64,000 bases of DNA from an uncultured Candidatus Saccharibacteria bacterium (GTDB lineage Bacteria; Patescibacteriota; Minisyncoccia; UBA6257; GWB1-50-10), in the NCBI GenBank assembly GCA_964356375.1, contig CAYHGT010000002.1, positions 7,056-71,055 of the forward strand, written 5' to 3'. The translations under genes and the position numbers were made by a program. Positions 44,333 through 53,033 of this stretch are shown here, piece by piece. Below the pieces are notes generated by a model. That model made no database searches and had not been told where the DNA came from. It worked only from the letters and a program-made list of their open reading frames with translations. Positions within the stretch are counted from its first letter, which is position 1; every line of letters begins with the position of its first letter.

Positions 44333-44887
44333 TTATTTATTAATTTTTAATAGTAAATATCTGAACTGATTTCCTTTTTCTAAATCTGAGATTTTTGAAT
44401 AGTCTTCCCAATGAATTTTATAATTACCAGACAAATTAAGTGGCATTGATCTTCTTGCGCGAGCACCGCGAGCGGTGCGTGGGTGCCATTTCATATTTTT
44501 ACCATTATTTATTTGTCTGCCTTCGCACAAAGAAAATTCCGCACCATTTCCTCCCGCAACGCCATCCCAATAAAGGCGGTCGTTCGTGAGCATAATTGCA
44601 TAACCCCCGAACGCCTTGTCTTCCCGAGTAAATTCCGAAGTAAATTTTTCGAGTCGCACGACATCCTTAATAAAACCATATCTACCGATATCCCTCGCCA
44701 AATCCGGGCGCAAAACAAATCTTTCTCCGTTATTAATAATATCAATTTCAGTCTTTTTATATTTTAGTTCAATCGCATAACCCCGTTCTTCATCTCTTAC
44801 AATAAGATCTGTGTGTTCTTCCAAAAGGAACCTCGAGCCGAATAATTGCGTTTGGGTGGTCTTCATGTATTTGCCACGCCAGTGCAT
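44333..44887 (-). CDS. hypothetical protein
   Basis: 184 aa. DLIVRDEERGYAIELKYKK could be a PD-(D/E)xK-like nuclease core, but this is weak. Confidence 0.35.
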   Translation of the reverse strand: MHWRGKYMKTTQTQLFGSRFLLEEHTDLIVRDEERGYAIELKYKKTEIDIINNGERFVLRPDLARDIGRYGFIKDVVRLEKFTSEFTREDKAFGGYAIMLTNDRLYWDGVAGGNGAEFSLCEGRQINNGKNMKWHPRTARGARARRSMPLNLSGNYKIHWEDYSKISDLEKGNQFRYLLLKINK

Positions 44888-45060
44888 ATTGAAAATCCGC
44901 CTCGGAATGAAAAAGTGGTCTATTGACGCTTAGTTTGGACAAGATGGATTCAAAATCAATCACAAATTATATATATTTAAATCGTATCTCATCGTTAATC
45001 ATAACGCTCACAAAGTTCTACGCAAGTATCTAGTGTATACTCTCCCATTTTTCTGCTACG

Positions 45061-46341
45061 ATGGCGGGAATGGAGGATAAAGCCCCAAAAGACATACTCT
45101 GGGATGTAATCGTAGTGGGTGGCGGCCCCGCGGGCATGATGGCAGCGGGAAGAGCAGCCGAACTGGGTGCCCACGTCGTTTTGCTTGAAAAGAACGAATC
45201 CCTCGGCAAGAAGCTTCTTATTACAGGCGGTGGGCGATGCAATGTGACGAACGCCGAGACCGACACTCGCAAACTCTTGGAAAAGTTTAAAGACGCGGGA
45301 AGATTTCTTTTCTCCGCCTTCTCACAATGGTCAGTTGCGGAAACTTTGGATTTTTTTCATTCAAAAGGAATGCCCACAAAAATAGAGGGGGGCTTGCGCG
45401 TCTTCCCCGTTTCCGATTCCGCAAAATCCGTCTGGACGGTTATGTTTGAATATATGAGGAAAAATAGCGTGATGATTCTCCCTAATTCTGGCGTTGTTGA
45501 AATCGTGAAAGAGGAGGGGAAAGTTGTTGGTGTAAAGTTAAAAAACAAAAGAGTAATTCGTGGTAAGTCCATCATCATTGCAACGGGTGGAACCTCCCGC
45601 CCCGAGACGGGTTCAACGGGGGATGGCTATACGTGGCTGAAAGACATCGGCCACACCGTTATCACTCCCGAGGCCTCGCTCGTACCAATTGCGTTAAAAG
45701 ATAAGTGGGTGAAGCGTCTCGCGGGTGTGAGCTTGGCGGACGTGAAAATCATCGTTTTACAAAATAGCGAGAAACAAGGCGTATCAAAAGGTAAGATTCT
45801 TTTTACACATGTCGGAATTAGTGGTCCGACCATACTCAATATGAGTAAGGATGTCGGCGAACTATTAAAATATGGTCAGGTCATACTTTCCTTGGATCTT
45901 TTGCCAAAGGAGGATTACGGCACACTAAACACGAAGCTCCAAGAATTATTTAAAGAACACGACAAAAAGAATTTCAAAAATGCACTTGTGAATATTGTCC
46001 CATCCGCGATTGCTCCTATTGTGATAGAACTCTCGGGTATTAATCCCGAAACCAAGTGCAATAGCGTAACGCGCGAAGAACGCGTGAAACTGATTCATTT
46101 ATTAAAAGCTATCCCGATGCACGTAGATAAATTGCTCGGCGTGGAAAAAGCAATCGTCACAAGCGGTGGAGTAATACTTAGCGAGGTGGACTTCAAAACA
46201 ATGTCCTCGCGCCTCTATCCAAATCTCTATCTTGTGGGCGATATCTTAAACGTTGACCGCCCCTCCGGTGGCTACTCCCTCCAACTCTGTTGGACTACGG
46301 GCTATGTTGCAGGAACCTCTGCCGTAGAACACACTTCATAA
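45061..46341 (+). CDS. HI0933/BaiN-like flavoprotein (NAD(P)/FAD-dependent oxidoreductase)
   Basis: DVIVVGGGPAGMMAAGRAAELGAHVVLLEKN Rossmann motif, LLITGGGRCNVTN, and the C-terminal GYVAG. Confidence 0.75.
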   Translation: MAGMEDKAPKDILWDVIVVGGGPAGMMAAGRAAELGAHVVLLEKNESLGKKLLITGGGRCNVTNAETDTRKLLEKFKDAGRFLFSAFSQWSVAETLDFFHSKGMPTKIEGGLRVFPVSDSAKSVWTVMFEYMRKNSVMILPNSGVVEIVKEEGKVVGVKLKNKRVIRGKSIIIATGGTSRPETGSTGDGYTWLKDIGHTVITPEASLVPIALKDKWVKRLAGVSLADVKIIVLQNSEKQGVSKGKILFTHVGISGPTILNMSKDVGELLKYGQVILSLDLLPKEDYGTLNTKLQELFKEHDKKNFKNALVNIVPSAIAPIVIELSGINPETKCNSVTREERVKLIHLLKAIPMHVDKLLGVEKAIVTSGGVILSEVDFKTMSSRLYPNLYLVGDILNVDRPSGGYSLQLCWTTGYVAGTSAVEHTS

Positions 46342-46342
46342 T

Positions 46343-46534
46343 ATGGAAAAACTAATCTTCCCAATGCGGATAAATAAATATCTGGCACTTAAAAGAAACT
46401 CCACACGAAGAGAAATGGATGTGCTTATTAAGAAGAATCAGGTTTTTGTAAATGGTGTCCTCGCTAAGCTCGGCGATAAGGTATTGGAGAAAGATGTGGT
46501 TGATGTCCGCTATCGTGGGAAGATGGAGCAATAG
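46343..46534 (+). CDS. small S4-domain RNA-binding protein
   Basis: MRINKYLALKRNSTRREMDVLIKKNQVFVNGV fits the S4 fold (alpha-L RNA-binding motif). 63 aa. Confidence 0.5.
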   Translation: MEKLIFPMRINKYLALKRNSTRREMDVLIKKNQVFVNGVLAKLGDKVLEKDVVDVRYRGKMEQ

Positions 46535-46565
46535 CAAAATCAGTTTGTGGCATACTAATAGCATA

Positions 46566-47405
46566 ATGAAGTTACTAAACAAAATACTACTTATCGCATT
46601 ATTGCTTTCGTTTTCTGTAATTGGAAATATTTCGCATGCAATGGGTGCTACATTCTCACGCGCTCTTACGATCGGCGCTCGTGGCAATGACGTGCTCGCG
46701 CTCCAACAAATTTTAATTACTGGTGGCTTTCTAAAAGTTGCCACCCCAACAAACTACTTTGGTCCCGCAACAAAAACAGCGCTTGCAAAGTGGCAGGCAT
46801 CAATTGGTATCTTTCCTGCGACTGGAAAATTTGGTCCACTTTCGCGAACAAAAATTACCGGACTCACAAAAAAGGTGTCGACCGAAACATCAACCACAAC
46901 AAACACATCCAGCACAACACAGAGCGCGGTGCTTGGAAATACAAAAAACGGCTCGCCAATACGAATTACCATTCCAAAACTTAACGTAGATGCAAAATTT
47001 CAATATAACGGACTTAAATCCGATGGAACGATGGAAATCCCAAATAATGTGGTAGATGTTGGTTGGTTTACGGGAAGCGCGCGCCCAGGAGAAAAAGGTG
47101 TAGCGGTTGTAACGGGACACGTGGCACAGATACGCGGTGGGATACTAACGAAACCGGGTGTATTTAAAAATTTGAATGAGTTGCGCGCAGGAGACACGAT
47201 ATATGTTACAAACGACAAAGGAGCAACGACCACCTTTGTGGTTCGCGAGAGCCGTTTGTATGACCCATTGGCGGATGCCACGAGCGTATTCACCGCAAAA
47301 GATAATGGCTCGCATCTCAATCTTATTACGTGTGAGGGCACGTGGAATGCAGCAAAGCAAAGTTATAGTCAACGCTTAGTAGTCTTTACCGATGCGGTAA
47401 AATAA
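46566..47405 (+). CDS. sortase-family transpeptidase fused to an N-terminal peptidoglycan-binding (PG_binding_1) domain
   Basis: Signal peptide; PG_binding_1 (GARGNDVLALQQILITGGF...FGPATKTALAKWQ); a T/S linker; sortase catalytic His (VTGHV), Cys in LNLITCEG (TLxTC), and Arg (VVRESRLY). Start at the ATG at 46566. Confidence 0.6.
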   Translation: MKLLNKILLIALLLSFSVIGNISHAMGATFSRALTIGARGNDVLALQQILITGGFLKVATPTNYFGPATKTALAKWQASIGIFPATGKFGPLSRTKITGLTKKVSTETSTTTNTSSTTQSAVLGNTKNGSPIRITIPKLNVDAKFQYNGLKSDGTMEIPNNVVDVGWFTGSARPGEKGVAVVTGHVAQIRGGILTKPGVFKNLNELRAGDTIYVTNDKGATTTFVVRESRLYDPLADATSVFTAKDNGSHLNLITCEGTWNAAKQSYSQRLVVFTDAVK

Positions 47406-47418
47406 AACTTCCCAATCC

Positions 47419-47709
47419 GTGCTATACTCTAAGCACGAAATGCTTATTTTTGCAGAAACATTATATTATCTCGTCGTATCTTTTGCCATATTGGTAATTG
47501 GCGCGTTAGTTGCGATTATTGCATACCACTTGATTCACATCGCAAAAAACTTGCGTCATATTTCCGATAATCTGGATGATAGCTCAAACGACCTAAAGAA
47601 GCGGATAGAGGAGATTGTTGAGCGTCTTTCCTCGCTTCCCATACTCTCATATTTTTTGAAACAGGACGGAGGACAAGGGTCTCGGACATCACATAAGAAA
47701 AGGTCGTAA
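47419..47709 (+). CDS. small membrane protein with a coiled-coil tail (DUF948-like)
   Basis: One TM (LYYLVVSFAILVIGALVAIIAY) then a charged helical region. Confidence 0.35.
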   Translation: MLYSKHEMLIFAETLYYLVVSFAILVIGALVAIIAYHLIHIAKNLRHISDNLDDSSNDLKKRIEEIVERLSSLPILSYFLKQDGGQGSRTSHKKRS

Positions 47710-47712
47710 TAT

Positions 47713-48057
47713 ATGACTAATAAAACTATGAAAAAACAAACAACAAAAGGGAATGGATACGCATGGTTGGCAGGCGGACTTGTCGGCGCGGCACTTGGTG
47801 TAGGCGCGGCATTACTCGCTGAATCAAAGACGGGAAAGAAAATGGGCAAAGAAATAAAGCACGCAGCTTCGGATTTCTACGCATACATGGCTCCCCAATT
47901 AAAGAAGGTGAAGAAGATGGGGGAGGTAGAATATAAGAAGTTCGTAGAAGAAGCGATGAAGCAATACAGCAAGAAGAAAAAGATTTCCGCGATAGAAGCA
48001 AAGAAGCTTGTAAAAGAAGCTCAAACATCCTGGAGACATCTTAAGAAGAATCTATAA
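47713..48057 (+). CDS. YtxH-like Lys-rich stress-associated protein
   Basis: GYAWLAGGLVGAALGVGAALLA glycine-zipper TM, followed by a K/E-rich helical region. Confidence 0.45.
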   Translation: MTNKTMKKQTTKGNGYAWLAGGLVGAALGVGAALLAESKTGKKMGKEIKHAASDFYAYMAPQLKKVKKMGEVEYKKFVEEAMKQYSKKKKISAIEAKKLVKEAQTSWRHLKKNL

Positions 48058-48074
48058 ATTCTACTTGTTACGCA

Positions 48075-48102
48075 AAAACATCCTCTCAAGAGGATGTTTT
48101 TT
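48075..48102 (+). terminator. rho-independent terminator
   Basis: ACATCCTC-tcaa-GAGGATGT followed by TTTTTTAA. Confidence 0.8.
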
Positions 48103-48126
48103 AATCATTCTTGATATAATAATGGG

Positions 48127-48297
48127 GTGAATACAAAAACTTTTGTTTGGATTGGAATATTTGTGGGCTCTACAATTGGCGGATTTGTCCCGCTTCTCTG
48201 GGGAGGGGATTTACTCTCCTACTCATCAATTATTTTTAGCGGAGTGGGAGCGATAGCCGATATCTGGCTCGCGTACAAACTAAGTAAGCGCTTTTAA
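48127..48297 (+). CDS. possible small membrane protein (56 aa, GTG start; below the ORF-track cutoff)
   Basis: Manual translation: VNTKTFVWIGIFVGSTIGGFVPLLWGGDLLSYSSIIFSGVGAIADIWLAYKLSKRF, two TM segments. No clear RBS. Confidence 0.25.
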   Translation: MNTKTFVWIGIFVGSTIGGFVPLLWGGDLLSYSSIIFSGVGAIADIWLAYKLSKRF

Positions 48298-48803
48298 ATC
48301 GCGGAAATTGTTTTTACCGCAACTCGACATGTGTCTTCTAATGTATTAAGCATTGGAACATTAGGCGCTTTTTCTTTTATTGTTTTTCGTAAATACCGCT
48401 CATTAGAAAACCCTTTTTCAATTCCTACAACTACTTTTATACCTTTAAGATAATGGCGGGCGATTGCTTCGCCCAATTCAAAGCGTGTGGTTTGCGCATA
48501 CGCCCGTCCCGCTATCTGCTCCGCTTCTTTTGCTAACCAAAAAAGTATTACGCCGTGTTCCGCTGCATAATCTAAATAATGATGCTCCCATTCCACTTGT
48601 CCGTGATAGTCTTTCTCAGAAAACTCGCCAAGCGCTCTTGCTGGCCGTCGAGGAGAGGTTATATGTACCACAGAGCTTATCTTCTTCAGTATCTCAATTG
48701 CTTCCGCCTGCCAATCGGGAGCGCCCTGAATTGGCCCCGCCAAGAAAATTGAAGGACCGCTTAATTCTTTATATTCCGGTGGGATTAGTATTTCTTGATT
48801 CAT
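48294..48803 (-). CDS. nucleoside 2-deoxyribosyltransferase-like (NDT/DNPH1-fold) protein
   Basis: SIFLAGPIQGAPDW resembles the NDT N-terminal IYFAGxxF motif, and RFELGEAIA resembles the catalytic-Glu block GMELGYA. Start at the ATG at 48803, 7 nt after the upstream gene. Confidence 0.5.
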   Translation of the reverse strand: MNQEILIPPEYKELSGPSIFLAGPIQGAPDWQAEAIEILKKISSVVHITSPRRPARALGEFSEKDYHGQVEWEHHYLDYAAEHGVILFWLAKEAEQIAGRAYAQTTRFELGEAIARHYLKGIKVVVGIEKGFSNERYLRKTIKEKAPNVPMLNTLEDTCRVAVKTISAI

Positions 48804-48810
48804 ATTTTGT

Positions 48811-49425
48811 TTAAAGATGAGACTGGTCGTTCCAAGTGATAAGTTTCCATGCACCGTTTTTCCAGTCACATACCGTAACCCCAGTATTTTCAAGAAAGAA
48901 AAAACTAAAATGAGAAAATGTGTCCGGGGTTAGCTCTTCTCCGAACATCATGAGCGCAATTACACATCGCAATATAGTACCATGTAGCACCACGAGAAGA
49001 TTTTCTTCGGGTCTATTCTTTAAGTAACCAACTAGTTTTATTGCCCTTGTCTTCAAATCAAGGAAATTTTCTTCATCAGAATAGTGGAAATCAGGATTGC
49101 TAAAATTTTTATTGGCAATATTTTGTATCGCTTTCGCTTCAGAGTCATGAACGGATTTTCCATAAATCTCGCTGGGTGCATTTCGTTCACGAGCAAGCTC
49201 TGTCATAGTCAATTCTTTTTTTAATATGTTGGCAATCTCTTTTGCGGTTTGGTGGGCGCGCTCATAATCACTCGCAATTATTGCGTCTATGGGAATATTT
49301 AAAAAACGTTTTGCAACAATCCGCGCTTGTTCCGAACCTTTTTCAGAAAGTGGGGTTGTGCCTGACTGGAATATATTTGCTTGGCCATCGCGGCTTTCTC
49401 CGTGTCGAACAAAATAGATTCTCAT
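48811..49425 (-). CDS. histidine phosphatase family protein (phosphoglycerate mutase-like)
   Basis: RIYFVRHGESRDG catalytic RHG motif and the second His region (LVVLHGTILR). Confidence 0.7.
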   Translation of the reverse strand: MRIYFVRHGESRDGQANIFQSGTTPLSEKGSEQARIVAKRFLNIPIDAIIASDYERAHQTAKEIANILKKELTMTELARERNAPSEIYGKSVHDSEAKAIQNIANKNFSNPDFHYSDEENFLDLKTRAIKLVGYLKNRPEENLLVVLHGTILRCVIALMMFGEELTPDTFSHFSFFFLENTGVTVCDWKNGAWKLITWNDQSHL

Positions 49426-49497
49426 AAATAATGTATTAAACCAAGTCATCTCATAGTAATGCAAAAACAGAACACATCAAAGTGTTCCGTTTTGCAT

Positions 49498-49571
49498 TGG
49501 CTGGGGGACTAGGAGTCGGACCTAGATTCACGGCTTCAAAGGCCGCTGTCCTACCATTAGACGATCCCCCA
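49498..49571 (-). tRNA. tRNA-Gln (anticodon UUG) with encoded CCA
   Basis: Manual fold of the minus strand: acceptor TGGGGGA/TCCCCCA, D-loop AATGGTA, anticodon stem GCGGC/GCCGT, loop CTTTGAA (U33, TTG), T-arm CTAGG-TCCGACT-CCTAG, discriminator G, then CCA. The acceptor and discriminator resemble E. coli tRNA-Gln. Confidence 0.7.
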
Positions 49572-49588
49572 ATAGTAACTGATAAACG

Positions 49589-50692
49589 TTATTTCAAACT
49601 CTCTATTATTGCAACCTCGAGCGGAATGATAGGGAACTGGCTGTAACGCATCTCACCATATGCCTTTATGAGATTTCTTAAAAGGACAATGTGCTTATCC
49701 TCAAATTTCTTTGCGTGCAGTTCCAATTTCGCCACGTGATCTGCCATAAGTTCATTCGCAAATAATTTATTCATGTCCGCATTATGCGAAAGCACGGCAA
49801 CACGACGCATATATTGAATGAGGTCTTTTGTGAACTGCACAATATTGTAGCCACCATCATAAATATCCGAGAGCGTTTTTAGTGCGTCCTTAATATTTTT
49901 ATCAAGTAAAAGCTCTGCGAATGTGGAGAGCTTATCAAATCCAACCTTGCCGACCATCGCCTCCACTTCGGACAGTGAGATTTTCTTATCATTAAACGCC
50001 ACAAGTTGATCCAAAAGCGACTCGGCATCACGGAAGCTTCCTTCCGCGGAAGATGCCACAAGTTCCAACGCATCAGCCGAAATATCAATGCCTTCCTCCT
50101 TCGCAATACGCTTCAATTTCTGCACAAGCGTACCGAGCGAAATATGCTTGAAGTGGAATTGCTGTGTGCGCGAGACAATCGTTGCGGGAACCCTATCCGC
50201 CTCGGTCGTCGCCAATATTAAAATTACATACTCAGGAGGTTCCTCAAGAGTTTTCAAAAGCGCATTCCACGCATCCTTTGTAAGCTGGTGTGCCTCATCA
50301 ATAATAAAAACTTTGTTGCGTGCAGAGCTTGGGGAAACGCGCACATTTTCTTTGAGGTCACGAATATCATCAATGCCCCGCGTGGATGCCGCATCAATCT
50401 CAATCACGTCCATACATTTTCCCTCGTCTATTTCCAAGCAGATTCGGCATTTATTGCACGGCTCTCCTTTTGCCATAAACTTCTCATCGCTAAGTCGCTT
50501 CTCACAATTTGCGATTTTTGCGATGAGACGTGCAGTTGTTGTCTTACCCGTGCCTCGCGACCCCGCAAAAAGATATGCGTGTGCAAGTTTATTCTGTCGC
50601 GCTTCTTCGCGTAAAATCTGCGAAATCAAATCCTGCCCGAGCAGATCCTCAAACGTGGTTGGGCGATATTTACGATAAAGCGCGAGTGCCAT
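49589..50692 (-). CDS. dnaX: DNA polymerase III subunit gamma/tau (short form)
   Basis: YRKYRPTTFEDLLGQ, Walker A GSRGTGKTT, the zinc module CNKCRIC, and IDEAHQL. Start at the ATG at 50692; the upstream part of the tracked ORF overlaps the next gene. Confidence 0.85.
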   Translation of the reverse strand: MALALYRKYRPTTFEDLLGQDLISQILREEARQNKLAHAYLFAGSRGTGKTTTARLIAKIANCEKRLSDEKFMAKGEPCNKCRICLEIDEGKCMDVIEIDAASTRGIDDIRDLKENVRVSPSSARNKVFIIDEAHQLTKDAWNALLKTLEEPPEYVILILATTEADRVPATIVSRTQQFHFKHISLGTLVQKLKRIAKEEGIDISADALELVASSAEGSFRDAESLLDQLVAFNDKKISLSEVEAMVGKVGFDKLSTFAELLLDKNIKDALKTLSDIYDGGYNIVQFTKDLIQYMRRVAVLSHNADMNKLFANELMADHVAKLELHAKKFEDKHIVLLRNLIKAYGEMRYSQFPIIPLEVAIIESLK

Positions 50693-50738
50693 ACAAAAAG
50701 GATTATACCCCAAATACGTGCTATAATAAAATAGATAA

Positions 50739-51194
50739 ATGGAACAATTCAAACTAAAAACTTCGGCATTTAAGGAGGGGGAAACAATCCCACCGAAATA
50801 CACCTGCGACGGCGAGGATGTAAATCCGCTTTTGGAAATCAGGAACGTGCCACCAGAAACGAAATCGCTCGCGCTTATTATGGATGACCCCGATTCATCA
50901 AGGGGTGTACCGTTTGACCACTGGATTGTCTGGAACATTGACCCGAAAACACAATATATTTCAGAGGACAATCTTCCATCAAATGCGGTGTTCGGCGCAA
51001 ACAGTTGGGGTAAGCCAAAATATATTGGTCCATGCCCGCCAAAGGGAAAGCCCGCACATCATTATGTATTTACACTCTACGCTTTGAGCGAGATGCTTCA
51101 ATTACCGACTAACTCCACAAAAGATGAGCTTCTCCGCGTAATGGAACAACACATCATTGAACATACGAGTGTTATCGGTATGTATGGCCGATAA
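50739..51194 (+). CDS. PEBP family protein (YbhB/YbcL-like)
   Basis: DDPDSSRGVPFDHW and HHYVFTLYAL match the phosphatidylethanolamine-binding protein family motifs. Confidence 0.75.
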   Translation: MEQFKLKTSAFKEGETIPPKYTCDGEDVNPLLEIRNVPPETKSLALIMDDPDSSRGVPFDHWIVWNIDPKTQYISEDNLPSNAVFGANSWGKPKYIGPCPPKGKPAHHYVFTLYALSEMLQLPTNSTKDELLRVMEQHIIEHTSVIGMYGR

Positions 51195-51196
51195 TT

Positions 51197-51303
51197 TTGA
51201 ATTTAAGATTGAATAATTAAAAATTGAATAATTTTTTCTTACATAAGAATTTTCCCGTTGAAACATAATCTTTCAATTTTTCAATCCTTCAATTTTCAAT
51301 AAT
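51197..51303. repeat. array of TT[GC]AAT hexamer repeats in an AT-rich spacer
   Basis: TTGAAT at 51197, 51209 and 51224. TTCAAT at 51272, 51280, 51288 and 51295, with 8/8/7-nt periodicity. Confidence 0.7.
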
Positions 51304-51309
51304 CACCTA

Positions 51310-51696
51310 ATGAAACCGCCAAAAAACGATTCCAAATATGTTTGGACATCGCACGCGTGGGGAAAAATGCAACACTACGCAATTTCGGAACAACGCATTA
51401 AGCGCATTGTCCGATTTCCTACGCGTGTAGAAGAGGGAATTGCCGAAGACACAATTGCGGCAATGGTACCCGCGGGCACAAAAGGGCAACAAGAAATCTG
51501 GGTGATGTACTCAATCGTAACTCCGAAGAAACCGGAAAAAGCGAAAACTGACGATGCGGTTGAAAAATCCATTGCAAATTATTTTTTGCCAAACAAAAAA
51601 ATCCGAATAATAACCACGTGGCGCTATCCGGGTAAAAGCCCGTCCCGCGACCCGATTCCTGCAGAAGTATTAGCCGAACTCCGCGGTCTTTTGTAA
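51310..51696 (+). CDS. hypothetical protein; possible toxin partner of the downstream HTH protein
   Basis: 128 aa with no firm motif. KIRIITTWRY faintly resembles the HigB/Gp49 RIIYY block. Context only. Confidence 0.3.
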   Translation: MKPPKNDSKYVWTSHAWGKMQHYAISEQRIKRIVRFPTRVEEGIAEDTIAAMVPAGTKGQQEIWVMYSIVTPKKPEKAKTDDAVEKSIANYFLPNKKIRIITTWRYPGKSPSRDPIPAEVLAELRGLL

Positions 51697-51711
51697 AAAA
51701 GTTTAGACTTG

Positions 51712-51730
51712 TATGCTAAGATTTAGCATA
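51712..51730. promoter_or_regulatory. palindromic operator candidate upstream of the HTH gene
   Basis: TATGCTAA-gat-TTAGCATA, a perfect 8-3-8 palindrome. Lies about 30 nt upstream of RBS GGGAGGAGG and the ATG at 51763. Confidence 0.5.
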
Positions 51731-51762
51731 CTAGCAAAAGCATCAACGGGAGGAGGTAGTCC

Positions 51763-51954
51763 ATGGAAAAAATCCATATAGAATTACAGGAGTTGGTGGT
51801 TACTTTTTTAGCAGTCCATCCTGGATTTGAGGGAAAGAAGCAGCTTGCCGACAAGCTTTACGTGTCTATGCCGACCGTCGAGCGTTGGGCCAGAGGAAAG
51901 AATCTTCCCTCTACAAAGCTTGCCACGACACTTGTTGGGGCCATGAATGAGTAA
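51763..51954 (+). CDS. XRE-family helix-turn-helix DNA-binding protein (antitoxin/regulator-like)
   Basis: KQLADKLYVSMPTVERWARGKNLPS is a classic Cro/C1-type HTH. 63 aa. Confidence 0.5.
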   Translation: MEKIHIELQELVVTFLAVHPGFEGKKQLADKLYVSMPTVERWARGKNLPSTKLATTLVGAMNE

Positions 51955-51956
51955 CG

Positions 51957-51990
51957 CCATGAGCGGAATTGTATTCCGCTCATTTTTTAT
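51957..51990 (+). terminator. rho-independent terminator
   Basis: ATGAGCGGAAT-tgt-ATTCCGCTCAT followed by TTTTTATTT. Confidence 0.8.
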
Positions 51991-52029
51991 TTGTGAAACT
52001 TCAAAAAAATCGGTAGAATAAACTAAACT

Positions 52030-53025
52030 ATGAAACTTTCTATTGGCATTGTGGGGCTCCCAAACGTAGGCAAATCAACCCTTTTCAAAATCTTAACGAA
52101 ACAGGAGGTGCATATCGCAAACTATCCGTTTGCAACTATTGACCCGAATGTAGGCGTGGTGCTTGTACCCGACGAGCGGTTGGAAAAACTCACCAAACTT
52201 TCAAACTCAAAAAAGACCGTGCCTGCGGTTGTAGAATTTTATGACATTGCTGGGCTTGTGAGGGGCGCGCACGATGGCGAGGGACTCGGCAATCAATTCC
52301 TAGCAAACATTCGCGAGTGCAAAGCAATCGTACAAGTGCTTCGCTGTTTTCCGCTTGGCGATATTATTCACGTAGAAGGGACGACGGACCCACTTCGCGA
52401 TATGGATATCATCGCAACCGAACTTATGTTCAAGGACTTGGAAACAGTCACGAAGCGGTTGGAAAAGCTTGAAAAAGATATTCGTTCTGGCGACAAAAAA
52501 GCAATGCACGATGCGGGCGTTTTGAAACTTGTAAAAGAGGATTTAGAAAGGGGAAATCCTGCAAAGAAACATAAAGGCGAGGGTATTGTGCGCGAACTTG
52601 AACTCTTAACCGCGAAGGAGCAGGTCTTCCTTTTGAATGGCGACGAGAGCGACATTTCGGAAGAACTCAAAAAGAAAATAGAAGAGGTTGGCGGTGGCTA
52701 CATAATTTTAAATCTCGCAAGTGCGGACCATATTGATGAGCTTATTAAGAAGGCGTACGAAATCTTGGATCTCATCAGCTTCTTAACGACTGGTGAAGAT
52801 GAGACGCGCGCATGGACAATTGAACGCGGGTGGAAGGCGCCACTTGCGGCTGGAACAATTCACACCGATTTTGAAAAAACATTTATCCGCGCCGAAGTTG
52901 TAAATTGGCAAAAACTTCTGGAGGCGGGTGGCTGGGGTCAGGCAAAACAAAAAGGTTGGTTGCGCCTTGAAGGAAAGGATTATGTCGTGCAAGACGGCGA
53001 CGTAATGGTCATTCGCCACGGATAA
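52030..53025 (+). CDS. ychF: ribosome-binding ATPase YchF
   Basis: GIVGLPNVGKSTLF, NYPFATIDPNVGVV, and the C-terminal TGS domain (RAWTIERGWKAPLAAGTIHTDFEKTFIRAEV). Confidence 0.85.
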   Translation: MKLSIGIVGLPNVGKSTLFKILTKQEVHIANYPFATIDPNVGVVLVPDERLEKLTKLSNSKKTVPAVVEFYDIAGLVRGAHDGEGLGNQFLANIRECKAIVQVLRCFPLGDIIHVEGTTDPLRDMDIIATELMFKDLETVTKRLEKLEKDIRSGDKKAMHDAGVLKLVKEDLERGNPAKKHKGEGIVRELELLTAKEQVFLLNGDESDISEELKKKIEEVGGGYIILNLASADHIDELIKKAYEILDLISFLTTGEDETRAWTIERGWKAPLAAGTIHTDFEKTFIRAEVVNWQKLLEAGGWGQAKQKGWLRLEGKDYVVQDGDVMVIRHG

Positions 53026-53033
53026 AAAACATT

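Noticed and set aside
50693-50971. N-terminal 93-codon extension of the dnaX ORF on the minus strand.
   Set aside because: It overlaps the plus-strand PEBP gene (50739-51194), and the DnaX homology starts at MALALYRKYRP (the ATG at 50692).
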